Assembly (NCBI GenBank): GCA_937895955.1
Contig: CALAZI010000029.1
Coordinates: 4,099-68,098, forward strand
DNA length: 64,000 nt
From: an uncultured Alphaproteobacteria bacterium
GTDB lineage: Bacteria > Pseudomonadota > Alphaproteobacteria > Caulobacterales > Parvularculaceae
Direction of reading: 5' to 3'
Shown here: positions 38,686 to 48,471 of the stretch, one piece after another
How positions within the stretch are numbered: the first letter of the stretch is position 1
Layout of the letters: each line of letters opens with the position of its first letter
Translations under genes and position numbers: made by a program
The notes under the pieces: generated by a model
Seen by the model: the letters and a program-made list of their open reading frames with translations, nothing else
The model's database searches: none
Told to the model about the DNA's origin: nothing

Positions 38686-39657
38686 TCAATATAAGGGCTT
38701 ATCGAGGCTTTTGCGCCATGCGATCGTCCTGGCGATCCCCTCGGCGAGGCTTGTTTTGGGATCATAGCCGAGTTCGGCGCGGGCTTTTGAAATGTCGGCC
38801 CAGGTGCGCTCGACATCGCCCTTCTGCATGCCTTTGAAATTCTTCTTCGCCTCGACGCCGAGCTCTTTTTCAAGCAGCGAAACGAGGGTCATCAGCTCTT
38901 CCGGCCGGTCGTTGCCGAGATTGTAAACGCGATGGAAGTTTTCTTGCGGCCCCGGCGGGCGCGCCGTCGCGGCGAGAACCCCGGCGACGATGTCGTCGAT
39001 ATAGGTGAAGTCCCGGCCCATGCGGCCTTCATTGAAAATGTCGATCGCTTCGCCTTTGAGCATTTTCTCGGAGAAGATGAGATAGGCCATGTCGGGCCGT
39101 CCCCAGGGCCCGTATACGGTGAAGAAGCGCAGCCCCGTCAGCGGCATTGAATAAAGCCGAGCGTAAGCGGTCGACATCGCCTCATTCGCCTTTTTCGTCG
39201 CGCCGTAGAACGAGACCGGCGCGTCGGTGCGATCGGTTTCCGCGAAGGGCGTCTTTTCATTGGCGCCGTAGACGGAAGAGGACGAGGCGTAGACGAGATG
39301 CGGGATCTTGAGCCGGCGGCCAAGCTCCAGAACCGACAGATGGCCTTTCAGGTTCGAATGTTCGTAGGCGAACGGGTTCTCGATCGAGTAGCGAACGCCC
39401 GCCTGCGCCGCGAGGTGGATGATCGCGTCAAAAGCGCCGCCGGCCGCGCGGCCGAGCGCATCGGCGTCGGCGATGTCGATTTCGCGGAATGAAAATCCCT
39501 TGCGGCCTGCGAGCCGGTCGAGACGGGCGCGTTTGAGCGATTTGGAATAATACTCATTCAAATTATCAACGCCGACGACTGCGTCGCCGCGCGCGATGAG
39601 CGCCTCGGCGGTTGCGGCGCCGATAAATCCCGCCGCTCCGGTAACCAGAATGCGCAT
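38686..39657 (-). CDS. NAD-dependent epimerase, UDP-glucuronate 4-epimerase type
   Basis: TGAAGFIG, HLAAQAGVRYS, YGATKK, FTVYGPWGRPDMA. Confidence 0.9.
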   Translation of the reverse strand: MRILVTGAAGFIGAATAEALIARGDAVVGVDNLNEYYSKSLKRARLDRLAGRKGFSFREIDIADADALGRAAGGAFDAIIHLAAQAGVRYSIENPFAYEHSNLKGHLSVLELGRRLKIPHLVYASSSSVYGANEKTPFAETDRTDAPVSFYGATKKANEAMSTAYARLYSMPLTGLRFFTVYGPWGRPDMAYLIFSEKMLKGEAIDIFNEGRMGRDFTYIDDIVAGVLAATARPPGPQENFHRVYNLGNDRPEELMTLVSLLEKELGVEAKKNFKGMQKGDVERTWADISKARAELGYDPKTSLAEGIARTIAWRKSLDKPLY

Positions 39658-39658
39658 G

Positions 39659-41020
39659 TCAGTCCCGCGGTCCCGATTGCAAATCAGCCTGATCGTCCAT
39701 CGCCCCTCTTAACATTTCATCATGGAGGCCTTCCGGCAGGGTCCGACGTCTATGCAGCATCAGCGCTGAAATCGCCAGCATGACGGCGCCGACGGCGTAA
39801 AAGGCGAGCGCCGGATCGGCGTTCGAATCCGTTATGACAAAGGTCGAGAGCGATCCCGGAATGGCGAAGACGGCGTTGGCGAAAACGCCGGTCGCCATGA
39901 TGCGGGCGCGAATGGGCGCCGGCGCGCGGCGCTGCACCGCCGCCTGAAGGGGCGCGATATAGACGCCCATCAGCGCCGAGGTGCCGATGAAGAGGGCGAC
40001 AAGCAAAAGGCCGGGCGGCGTCAGGAAGAGGTCGGCGATGGTGAACACCTGGCCCGCCGGCGCCGCGGCGAGCGGCGTCATGCCGGCGAGAAGGAAAGAA
40101 AGCAGTCCGGCGCCGAAGACGGAGAATGTTGAAAAACCGAGGCCCGACCGCCCGCGCGCAACGCGCGCGGCGCACATCGCGCCGAGCCCCGCGCCGATCG
40201 CGAAAAGCCCGTTCAGCGCCGTCGCGACATAGGCGTCGGCGTTCAGGGAATCGCGTGCGTAAAGCGGCGTGATCACCGTCACCGCGGTTGAAAGAAAGAA
40301 AAAGGCGGCGACGCCGATCAGCGGCGGCGCGACGCCGCGCGAGGATCGGACAAAGCCGACCATGGCGCGGATCTGGCCGGGCCAGTTTAGGCTGATCTTG
40401 AGATCGGGATCGTTGGGCGCCGCGCGCAGCGTTCGCAAGGCGGCGAGCCAGCCGATCGTCGAGGCGGCGATGAGAACTGCGCCGACCAGCATCCGCCCGT
40501 CTTCGCGCACGATCAGTCCGCCGCCGACCATGTAGCCGAAGAGAATGAAGGAGTAGAGCCCGGCATTGCAAAGCCCGTTGCCGCGAACGAGCTCGTCGGC
40601 GGCGAGATATTTCGGCATCGCGCTTGTGCGCACGGGCGAGAAAAACGCCGACTGCGCGCCCATCGCGAACAGCATGGCGATGGCGATGGCGCCTTCGCCG
40701 CTCATGAACGCCGCGGCGGCGACGAGCATTAATATGATCTCGACGAATTTCGTGCGGCGAAACATCATCGATGTTTCGTATTTGTCGGCGAGCTGGCCGG
40801 ACAGCGGCGAAAACATCATGATGGCGATCGGCAGGAGCGCGCCGATAAACGGCATGGCGTTGTCGGAATCGCCAAAAGCCGGCGTCTTGATGACGCCGTA
40901 GGGAATGCCGATCAGCAGGGATTGCCGCAGCACATTGTCTGCGAAGGCGCCGAAGGACAGCGCGACCCACATCGGCCAGAAACGGCGCTGGGTGAAAAGC
41001 GAGGGCGATCGCCTTGTCAC
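39659..41020 (-). CDS. MFS lysophospholipid transporter (LplT/Aas MFS-domain-like)
   Basis: QRRFWP..GAFADN, GQLADKY, QSAFFSP, LVRGNGL motifs. Confidence 0.75.
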   Translation of the reverse strand: MTRRSPSLFTQRRFWPMWVALSFGAFADNVLRQSLLIGIPYGVIKTPAFGDSDNAMPFIGALLPIAIMMFSPLSGQLADKYETSMMFRRTKFVEIILMLVAAAAFMSGEGAIAIAMLFAMGAQSAFFSPVRTSAMPKYLAADELVRGNGLCNAGLYSFILFGYMVGGGLIVREDGRMLVGAVLIAASTIGWLAALRTLRAAPNDPDLKISLNWPGQIRAMVGFVRSSRGVAPPLIGVAAFFFLSTAVTVITPLYARDSLNADAYVATALNGLFAIGAGLGAMCAARVARGRSGLGFSTFSVFGAGLLSFLLAGMTPLAAAPAGQVFTIADLFLTPPGLLLVALFIGTSALMGVYIAPLQAAVQRRAPAPIRARIMATGVFANAVFAIPGSLSTFVITDSNADPALAFYAVGAVMLAISALMLHRRRTLPEGLHDEMLRGAMDDQADLQSGPRD

Positions 41021-41022
41021 GG

Positions 41023-41799
41023 TCAGCGCGCCCCCTCTGCGGTTTTCTTGCGCGGTTTCGGATCGGGCAGGGGCGGCGCAAGCGCTTGCGCGTCCGCGCG
41101 GCCGACAAGCTCCAATGACCGGCGTTCGATGGTTTCTTCAAGGTGCGCCATGAAGGTTTCCTTGCTGAGCCCCGGCTCAATCGGGTCGAGAAATTCGATG
41201 ACCGCTTCGCCCGAGGTCAGGCGCCAGTCCTGTTGCGGCCATCTGAGGCCGAGATTGGTGGCGACGGGAACGGCCGGACAGCCATAGGCGGCGTACATGT
41301 GATAGACGCCCTTCTTGTAGCGGTAGCGTTCGCCGATCGGCGCGAGATGGCCTTCCGGATAGATGAGAATGCGGCGGTTTTCACGCGACGCCTTTTTGAG
41401 CTCATCATCGACAAGGCGCGCGCGGGCGTAGGCGCCGCCGCAATTGTCGACGACGATCGCGCCCATCTTTCGCAGGATGCCGCCGAGCAGCGGAAATTTT
41501 TCAAGATGATCGCCGGTGACGAAAGCGAGATCGTAAAATTGCGAGAACATGACGATGCCGTCGCCCCAGCTCTGGTGCTTGGCGGCGATGATGCAAGGCC
41601 CGTCAGGCAGGCGTTCCTTGCCGATCACCCTCACTTTGACGCCGGCGATGACGCGCATCCAGAATTGCATGACGCGCGTATAGGCGAATATCCAGGCCAT
41701 GATCGGTTTGCGGCTCGGGATCAGGATCATCGGCGCCGCCGTCAAGGCGAAGAAGATCGACGTAAGCCAATAGGCGATCTGAAAGAGAATGCTGCGCAT
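41023..41799 (-). CDS. Lysophospholipid acyltransferase (PlsC family)
   Basis: KHQSWGD (HX4D), IYPEGH, VPVATN. Confidence 0.88.
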   Translation of the reverse strand: MRSILFQIAYWLTSIFFALTAAPMILIPSRKPIMAWIFAYTRVMQFWMRVIAGVKVRVIGKERLPDGPCIIAAKHQSWGDGIVMFSQFYDLAFVTGDHLEKFPLLGGILRKMGAIVVDNCGGAYARARLVDDELKKASRENRRILIYPEGHLAPIGERYRYKKGVYHMYAAYGCPAVPVATNLGLRWPQQDWRLTSGEAVIEFLDPIEPGLSKETFMAHLEETIERRSLELVGRADAQALAPPLPDPKPRKKTAEGAR

Positions 41800-41814
41800 G
41801 GATTGTTTTTCCGA

Positions 41815-42432
41815 TCAGCGCTCGCCCGCGCGCATGGCGCCGAGCGCGGCGACGACAAGATCGGCGGCGTATTGCGACAGCGGCCCCTCAAGGCGTCCGT
41901 AATGAATTTGCAACGCCGTCTGCAAGACGAGGCCGAGCGCGAGGCCGGCGACGAAGCCCGCATCGCCGCGCGCGATCTCGCGCCGTTTCATCGCCGCGCT
42001 GACAATGTCCTCGATCGCCTCGACCGGATTGTCGACATCCTCCGGCGAGGGCAGGAACCGATGCGTGTAGAGTAGATGAAACGCGAATAGGGGAAAGTTC
42101 TCATCCGCCGTCGCGCAATAGGCGTCGATGACGGCGCCCGTCTGTTCGGCGATGCCGCGCTTTGACCGCGCCGCCTCGCGGATAAGCCCGGCGAGGCGCG
42201 CGTGAATGCGGAAGAACATTTCCGCGGCGAGTTCGTCCTTGGAATCGAAATGGCGATAGATCGCGCCTTCCGAAACGCCGGCGGCCCTGGCGATTTCCCG
42301 CGTCGTCGCGGCGTCGACCCCGCGTTCGACGAAAAGGGCGAGCGCCGCCGCCTCGATCCGCTCCCTCGTTGAAAGCTCGGGGGGCGAAAACCCGCTCCCG
42401 GTCTCTTTCCTCGCCGCGCCGCGCGCCGCCAT
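41815..42432 (-). CDS. TetR-family regulator
   Basis: TRERIEAAA..F..G...TTREIARAAGVSEGAIYRHFDSK; AGGAGG RBS before ATG 42432. Confidence 0.92.
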   Translation of the reverse strand: MAARGAARKETGSGFSPPELSTRERIEAAALALFVERGVDAATTREIARAAGVSEGAIYRHFDSKDELAAEMFFRIHARLAGLIREAARSKRGIAEQTGAVIDAYCATADENFPLFAFHLLYTHRFLPSPEDVDNPVEAIEDIVSAAMKRREIARGDAGFVAGLALGLVLQTALQIHYGRLEGPLSQYAADLVVAALGAMRAGER

Positions 42433-42446
42433 GCCCGCCTCCTGAA

Positions 42447-42492
42447 GTAAGTGAGCGTTCACTCACATACGGGCGGGCGCGCGGAAAGTCAA
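42447..42492 (-). promoter_or_regulatory. Sigma70 promoter of tetR with overlapping palindromic operator
   Basis: Minus strand TTGACT (42487-42492)-N17-TATGTG (42464-42469); 20-bp imperfect palindrome GTAAGTGAGCGTTCACTCAC at 42447-42466. Confidence 0.7.
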
Positions 42493-42876
42493 GCCGCGTG
42501 GGGGGATAGGGAGGCCGGGGTGTGAGGAATGGGGGCATGGCGTCTCCGCTCCCGATTGCCGGAGAGAGGGGGGCCGCGTCTCGTTTCGGCGTGAATTCGC
42601 CTTCTGCGCGAAAGCGCGAACCGAAATACGTTTTTTCAGCCGCTTGAATGATTGCGACGACGCGCCATGTCATTTTGCGTGCGGTAAAACCCGCGTGGGC
42701 TCTTTGACAAGTGAATCAAACGGGGAACGGAACACCCAATTCGCGCGAATTCTTAATATACGGATTATCCGGCGGAAAACGCTGAACCCCGCATGAAACC
42801 TCGGATGAAGCTCAGGGCCGCGGCGGGGAAAATCCGGCTTGTACGGACAATATTCAACCGTCGAGGGAAATACATT

Positions 42877-43653
42877 CTAGGATTTGTTGATGAAGGCGTC
42901 GACGCCGGCGGCGGTCTCGTCCTCCATCATGTTCGCGGCCATCACCTCGCAGGCGTAGGAATAGGCCTCATCGAGCGGCATTTGCCGTTGGCGCGCGAAC
43001 ATCGCCTTGCCGTAGCGGATGGCGGCCGGCGTCTTTGACATGATGAGCGCGGCCTTGGCGGCGACGAGGGCGTCAAGCTCTCCCTCCGCCGCCGTATCAT
43101 TGACAAGGCCCCAGTCTTTCGCCGTCGCCGCGTCGATGAAGCGCCCGGTGACGAGCATGTCGAAGGCGCGTTTGGCGGAAACATTTCGCGACAGCGCGAC
43201 CGCCGGCGTTGAACAGAAAAGCCCCAGATTGACGCCCGACACCGCAAAGCGCGCATTATCCGCCGCAAACGCAAGATCGCAGGCGGCGACGAGCTGACAT
43301 CCTGCGGCGGTCGCTACCCCTTGCACGCGCGCGATCACGGGAACGGGCGCGGCGTTGATCGCCATCATCACGTCGGAACATTGCGCGAAAAGACGGCGGT
43401 AGTAATCAAGGCTCGGCGCGCCGCGCATTTCCTTCAGATCGTGCCCGGCGCAGAACGCCTTGCCGGCGGCGGCGATGACGACGCAGCGCGCGCGCTCGTC
43501 CTTCGCGATATCGCCCAGTTCTTTTTTGAGCGCGGCGAGCAGCGCCTCCGACAGGGCGTTATATTGGCGCGGGCGATTGAGCGTCAGCGTGATGAGGCCC
43601 TTGTCATCCTCGCGCAGCAAGACGGGTTCGCCGCCGGATCTGTCGCTCTGCAT
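42877..43653 (-). CDS. Enoyl-CoA hydratase/isomerase
   Basis: LTLNRP..YNALS, AFCAGHDLKEM, ATAAGCQLVAACDL. Confidence 0.9.
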   Translation of the reverse strand: MQSDRSGGEPVLLREDDKGLITLTLNRPRQYNALSEALLAALKKELGDIAKDERARCVVIAAAGKAFCAGHDLKEMRGAPSLDYYRRLFAQCSDVMMAINAAPVPVIARVQGVATAAGCQLVAACDLAFAADNARFAVSGVNLGLFCSTPAVALSRNVSAKRAFDMLVTGRFIDAATAKDWGLVNDTAAEGELDALVAAKAALIMSKTPAAIRYGKAMFARQRQMPLDEAYSYACEVMAANMMEDETAAGVDAFINKS

Positions 43654-43724
43654 TTCCTCGCCCTTCCGTTTTCCCGATCGCTCGCAAATCTAGGCGCGCC
43701 CCGGCGATGCGCAAAGCCGGCGCG

Positions 43725-44756
43725 CTATTTCTTCAGCAATTCGCGCTGGACGATGAAAAAGCCGATCGCCAGCGGCAGGAACAGCGTCAGTCCGCGATAG
43801 ATGACGCCGCCGGCGAACGCCGCCTCGACGCCGAGGCCGAGCGCGGCGAGAGCGGCGAGAAGCCCCGCCTCGAACGAGCCCAATCCCATCGGCGTCGGCG
43901 CGATCGTCGCGGCGAGCGAGGCGAGGCTGACCGCAATGATTGCGGTTGAAAAGGGAACGCCGCCGCCGAGCGCCTGGAACGCGATCCATAAGGTGACGGC
44001 GTCAAGCAGGCGCGCAATCGCCTGCAGGAAGAGACAGAACGCGAAGAGGCCGCGATCGACATAGATCAGCTTGAAGGCGTGCGCCGCGGTCCCGCGCGCG
44101 GTTTTTAGGCGCTCCGATCCGGCGGGAGCGCGCGATTGCGAGGCGAGAAAGAGCGCCGCGATGACGAACAGCAAAAGGATGGAGGCGATAGCGAAATAAT
44201 GAAGGTCGGCGACATTGACGGAAAATTGGTCAAGCGGTCCGCCGGCGAAGAAAAGCCATCCGAGCGCGCTCGCCGCAAAGAGGATGAAGGCGAGGATGAA
44301 GGATGTCGCGCCGAAAACGAAGGCGGTGAAGGCGTCAGCGCCGGCGACGCCGCGCCGTATCAGCGCGTGAATGAAAAAGACCGCGCCCGACACGCCGGCC
44401 GACGGGATCGCCTGATCGGCGAAAAGCTTGCCGAGGGTGAGAAGAAAGAGGCTGCGCCTTGGAACCGCGCTTTTGCGCCGCGCGAGAACGAGCCCCCAGA
44501 CGAGCGCCTGCGTCGCAAAGGCGAGGACCTGCGCGACAAGGGCGAGCAGGATCCAAAAGGGATCGGCGTTCGCCGCAAGCCGCGCGAAATCCTCAAGATC
44601 GCCGATATGAAACACAAAGGCGAAAAGCGCAACGAGCGCGACCGCGCCGACAATAAGCCCCGCAAGACGCGGCCGCTTGGCGCGCAAGGGGACTGGCGTC
44701 GCCGCGCCGTCTTCCAAAGCTGTTTTCGTCACCGCAAACGCCCTCGCATCACTCAT
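43725..44756 (-). CDS. Lysylphosphatidylglycerol synthase TM-domain (UPF0104) flippase-like protein
   Basis: Multi-TM; PTPMGLGSFEAG and IYRGLTLFLP motifs. Confidence 0.75.
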   Translation of the reverse strand: MSDARAFAVTKTALEDGAATPVPLRAKRPRLAGLIVGAVALVALFAFVFHIGDLEDFARLAANADPFWILLALVAQVLAFATQALVWGLVLARRKSAVPRRSLFLLTLGKLFADQAIPSAGVSGAVFFIHALIRRGVAGADAFTAFVFGATSFILAFILFAASALGWLFFAGGPLDQFSVNVADLHYFAIASILLLFVIAALFLASQSRAPAGSERLKTARGTAAHAFKLIYVDRGLFAFCLFLQAIARLLDAVTLWIAFQALGGGVPFSTAIIAVSLASLAATIAPTPMGLGSFEAGLLAALAALGLGVEAAFAGGVIYRGLTLFLPLAIGFFIVQRELLKK

Positions 44757-44878
44757 GGCGCACATTCTGGGCCGAAATTCCCCCGCCGCCCAGAGGGGGC
44801 GAGACGCTTGAAAATGGGGCGTCGGCCGCCCATGTCCAAAAAATGCGCCGGATGAGATAGGCGTTTTCGGCCCCTTGT

Positions 44879-44892
44879 TTGATCTCCATCAA
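44879..44892. promoter_or_regulatory. FNR/FixK box upstream of usp
   Basis: TTGAT-CTCC-ATCAA perfect consensus, 57 nt before the usp ATG. Confidence 0.8.
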
Positions 44893-44949
44893 GCGCTCCG
44901 CCGCAAAAAGCGGCGAAAATGTCATTCGCGTTGAAAGGGAGCGCGCGCC

Positions 44950-45822
44950 ATGGCCGTCAAGAAAATCTTCGTTCCGCTGCAAAACGCCGCTAACGCCGAA
45001 ACGGCGCTGAAGGCCGCGATCGCCATTGCGCGGCGGCACAAGGCGCATATCGACGCCTTGCACATTCGTCAGCGTCCGAACGTTCCAGCGGGCGGCTATT
45101 ATCCGGTCGGCGTCATCTTCGTCGATGATCATCTCGCCGAATTGAAAGAAGCGCTCGAAGCGGAAGCCGCAAAACTCAAAGAAATCTTCGATCGCGTGAT
45201 GAAGAAAGAAGGCGTGGCGGCCGTCGCATCGGCCGCCCATCGCGACGACGCGGGCGCGACCGCCTCCTGGCGCGACAAGCCGGGCGTTCTGCCGTTTGAT
45301 CTGTCGGCCGCCGCGCGCGTCGCCGACATCGTCGTTTTCGGCCGCGGCGGCGCCGATCTCGGCTATCCGGACGCCAATCTGATTGAGGAAGCGATCTTTC
45401 AGTCGGGCCGACCGGTCGTCGTCGTTCCGCCGGAGACGTTCGAAAGAACGCCGCGACGCATTCTCGTCGCCTGGAACGGCGGGCGCGAGGCGGCGCGCGC
45501 GCTCGCCGCCGCGATGCCGCTCTTTGAGGAAACCGACGCCGCGCTGGTTCTTTCGATCGGCGATATTCCCGCCGATCTTGAAGGGCCGGAGAAGGCGGCC
45601 GAGCTACTCCGCCTGCACGGCGTCAAGGCGGAAGCCAAACGCCTCGCGAATGAAGGCGCGGGTTCGGCCGAGGACGATCTTCTCAAGACGGCGGATCAAT
45701 GGAACGCCGATCTGATCGTCATGGGCGCCTATTCGCATTCGCGCTGGCGCGAGCTGGTGCTCGGCGGCTTTACCCGCCGGCTGTTGAAACAGTCGAGCTA
45801 TCCGCTCCTGCTCGCGCATTAG
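44950..45822 (+). CDS. Tandem universal stress protein
   Basis: Two USP domains; QSGRPVVVVP, VAWNGGREAARA, DLIVMGAYSHSR..LGGFTR. Confidence 0.9.
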   Translation: MAVKKIFVPLQNAANAETALKAAIAIARRHKAHIDALHIRQRPNVPAGGYYPVGVIFVDDHLAELKEALEAEAAKLKEIFDRVMKKEGVAAVASAAHRDDAGATASWRDKPGVLPFDLSAAARVADIVVFGRGGADLGYPDANLIEEAIFQSGRPVVVVPPETFERTPRRILVAWNGGREAARALAAAMPLFEETDAALVLSIGDIPADLEGPEKAAELLRLHGVKAEAKRLANEGAGSAEDDLLKTADQWNADLIVMGAYSHSRWRELVLGGFTRRLLKQSSYPLLLAH

Positions 45823-45868
45823 GGGCGGGCGTATTGCGGCGTGGACGGCGCGCGCGGAATCTGGTCCG

Positions 45869-46291
45869 ATGCGCATCGTGCGAACATCCGACTTCAACAT
45901 CGCCGTGCGCGTCTATTATGAAGACACCGATTTCTCGGGCGTCGTTTATCACGCGCGCTATTTGCATTTCTTCGAGCGCGGGCGCACCGAGGCGCTCAGA
46001 ACGCTCGGCGTGTCGCATGCGGAGCTGTTATCGCGCGACGAGCCGCTCGCCTTTGCGGTGCGGAAAATGACGACGGAATGGATTTCCCCCGCGCGCATCG
46101 ACGATCTTCTCGACGTGACGACGCGGTTTCGCGAGATCAGGGGCGCGCGCATGATGATCGATCAGGAAATCCGCCGCGGCGAAACGCCGATCGCCCGCGC
46201 CGCGGTTGAAGCGGCGTGCATGAATTTGGCCGGAAAGCCGCGTCGCCTGCCGGCGGCGCTTGCCGCGCGATTTGACGGAGAAAACGATTAG
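45869..46291 (+). CDS. ybgC: Tol-Pal-associated acyl-CoA thioesterase
   Basis: RVYYEDTDFSGVVYHARYLHFFERGRTE. Confidence 0.9.
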   Translation: MRIVRTSDFNIAVRVYYEDTDFSGVVYHARYLHFFERGRTEALRTLGVSHAELLSRDEPLAFAVRKMTTEWISPARIDDLLDVTTRFREIRGARMMIDQEIRRGETPIARAAVEAACMNLAGKPRRLPAALAARFDGEND

Positions 46292-47160
46292 GCGGTTTTC
46301 GCCGTCTTCTTTTTCAACCGGCCGATTTCAGCGAGAAAACTATTGAGCGTCGATTGCAAGCCGGGGCCGACGCCGTCGTCCTCAACCGGAACGGTCGACG
46401 TCCAGATGATCGACCAGTCGCGCCCGTCGACCGCGTTGAGGACGACATAGGGCGCGCCGGCGTCGGTCACGACCTTGCCGCTGAGATGATAGATGACGGT
46501 CTCGCGCCCGAATAGGCGTTCAAGCGCCTTGTTGGTTTTCCATGACGCGCCGTCGTTGAAATCGCGGATCAGGACCGAATCGCCCGCTTTCGAAAGATGG
46601 TCGGCGGAAAATTCGCCGGCGGTCGCCGCAAGCGCCTGCAGCCGTTCGTCGCCGCTGGCGTTTTCTATTGTGTTGATCGTGATGATGGTGCGCGCCTCGC
46701 CGACCGGGGACGCGCGCAGGGCGAAAAGCCCGGCCATGACGATTCCGAGTGCGGCGAGGGCGAGAGCTGAGATGCGCGCCGCGCGGCCGCTGAGAACGGA
46801 ACCGCGCTCTGAGGCTTCGGTTGCGGTCGCCGGCCCGTCTTCGGCGAGCAGGCGATAGCCGCGTTTTGAGACTGTCTCGATGAAGCGGGGGGCGCGCGCG
46901 TCGTCGCCGAGTTCTTTTCGCAAGTTCGAAATGACGACCGCGACCGTATTGTCGCTGAGCCGGCGCCCCTGCCAGACCGCGGCGACGATCTCTTCCTGCG
47001 AGACGACCTCGCCGCGCCGCCGGCACAAGAGTTCGAGGAGGCGCGCGGCGCGAAACTCAAGGCTGCGCGCCTCGCCGTTGCGAAGAAGCGCGTTGCGCGC
47101 AGGGTCGAAGCGCCACGCGCCGACCTCATGAATCTCGCAATCTTTTTCCGGGCCGGCCAT
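46288..47160 (-). CDS. ToxR/CadC-like transmembrane one-component regulator
   Basis: OmpR-type wHTH (LLELL..RRGEVVS..I...VW...ISNLRKELGDD...IETVSKRGYRL), one TM, ~145-aa periplasmic domain. Confidence 0.85.
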   Translation of the reverse strand: MAGPEKDCEIHEVGAWRFDPARNALLRNGEARSLEFRAARLLELLCRRRGEVVSQEEIVAAVWQGRRLSDNTVAVVISNLRKELGDDARAPRFIETVSKRGYRLLAEDGPATATEASERGSVLSGRAARISALALAALGIVMAGLFALRASPVGEARTIITINTIENASGDERLQALAATAGEFSADHLSKAGDSVLIRDFNDGASWKTNKALERLFGRETVIYHLSGKVVTDAGAPYVVLNAVDGRDWSIIWTSTVPVEDDGVGPGLQSTLNSFLAEIGRLKKKTAKTA

Positions 47161-47220
47161 GGCCCGCTTTTAGGGCCTCGCTCTGAAAAGGGCCAGACCG
47201 CCTGAGTTTAGCGCCTTCGG

Positions 47221-47242
47221 AAGAAATTCTTGAGGATTTCTT
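47221..47242. promoter_or_regulatory. Putative operator palindrome
   Basis: AAGAAATTCTTGAGGATTTCTT, 18/22 self-complementary, in the divergent intergenic region. Confidence 0.5.
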
Positions 47243-47349
47243 TAAACCGCTCGCGCCGCGCGGCCGGTTAGTCTGGCGCTCTCCATCGCGGCGGACGAGG
47301 GGACGGCGACCGCCATCATCATCCGTTTTCGAACAAGGACTGCGCCCTC

Positions 47350-48471
47350 ATGCGTTTTTCGTCTTCCAGGCCGCGCGCCGGCCTCGCCGCCTTTTTCTTC
47401 TTCTTCTCGCTTCTCGCCTCGCCAGTCTCAAACGCCGCGCCGGCGGCGATCCCGATGACGCCGGACGCCTGGCGCATCAACGCCGGGGAGCACCGCTTTG
47501 AAGACTATAGAGGCGAAAAAAGCCTCTTCCTCAAAGACGGCGCCGCCGAGGCGGTCGGCGCCGCTATTGAAAACGGCGTGATCGAATTCGATATCGCGCT
47601 CGAAAACGACCGCGGCTTTTCCGGCGTCGCCTTTCGCCGCGCCGGCCCTGGCGAATACGAGCATTTCTATCTGCGTCCGCATCAAAGCGGCCAGCCGGAC
47701 GCCAGCCAGTATACGCCGGTGTTCAACGGCGTTTCGGCCTGGCAAATTCTATATGGACCACGCTACGCCGCGCCGCTCGTCTATCGTTTTGACGAATGGA
47801 TGCATGTGAAGCTCGTCGTGCAGGGCGATAAGGCCGATATCTATCTCGACAGCGACAAGCCGGTTCTTCATGTCGCCAAGTTGATGCGCCATCGCCAAGG
47901 CGGCGCTGTCGCGATCAACTCCTTTTTCGCGCCGGCGCATTTCGCCAACCTGACGATAGAAGAAAGGGATGACGTCGCGATTGTCGGCGAGGCGCCGCCG
48001 CTTGATCCGTTGCAGCCGGGCGCCGTCGGCGACTGGGAAATTTCGACGCCGTTCGATTCGAAATCGCTAGAAGGCGTCGACCGCCTGACGAAGAAAGAGA
48101 TGAAGAGCCTCCAGTGGGCGAAGCTTGGCGCGGAAGAGAACGGCGTCGCCAATATCGCGCGCGTCGCCGGATTCGGCGAAGGCAAGGATACGGTCTTTGC
48201 CCGCCTTGTCATTGATGCGCCGCGCCGCGAAATCCGCCGGCTTCGCTTCGGTTTCAGCGATGAGGCCAAAGCCTATGTGAACGGCGGGATCGTCTATTCG
48301 GGTGGAGACGGATACATGTCGCGCGATCATCGCTTTCTCGGCACGGTCGGCCTTTATGACGCGCTCTATTTGCCGCTCGAAAAGGGTCGTAACGAAATCA
48401 TCTTTGCAGTGAAGGAGAATTTCGGCGGCTGGGCGATCGCCGGCGCGCTCGATGACGGAGATGATCAATGA
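47350..48471 (+). CDS. Secreted two-domain beta-sandwich protein (ConA/LamG-like plus carbohydrate-binding-like)
   Basis: Signal peptide; IEFDI..GVAFR..YEHFYLRP...EWMHVKLVV; C-terminal LRFGFSDE..AYVNG..LEKGRNEIIF. Confidence 0.55.
   Translation: MRFSSSRPRAGLAAFFFFFSLLASPVSNAAPAAIPMTPDAWRINAGEHRFEDYRGEKSLFLKDGAAEAVGAAIENGVIEFDIALENDRGFSGVAFRRAGPGEYEHFYLRPHQSGQPDASQYTPVFNGVSAWQILYGPRYAAPLVYRFDEWMHVKLVVQGDKADIYLDSDKPVLHVAKLMRHRQGGAVAINSFFAPAHFANLTIEERDDVAIVGEAPPLDPLQPGAVGDWEISTPFDSKSLEGVDRLTKKEMKSLQWAKLGAEENGVANIARVAGFGEGKDTVFARLVIDAPRREIRRLRFGFSDEAKAYVNGGIVYSGGDGYMSRDHRFLGTVGLYDALYLPLEKGRNEIIFAVKENFGGWAIAGALDDGDDQ

Noticed and set aside
42703-42720. TTTGA-N8-TCAAA as an FNR box
   Set aside because: Spacing does not match TTGAT-N4-ATCAA.
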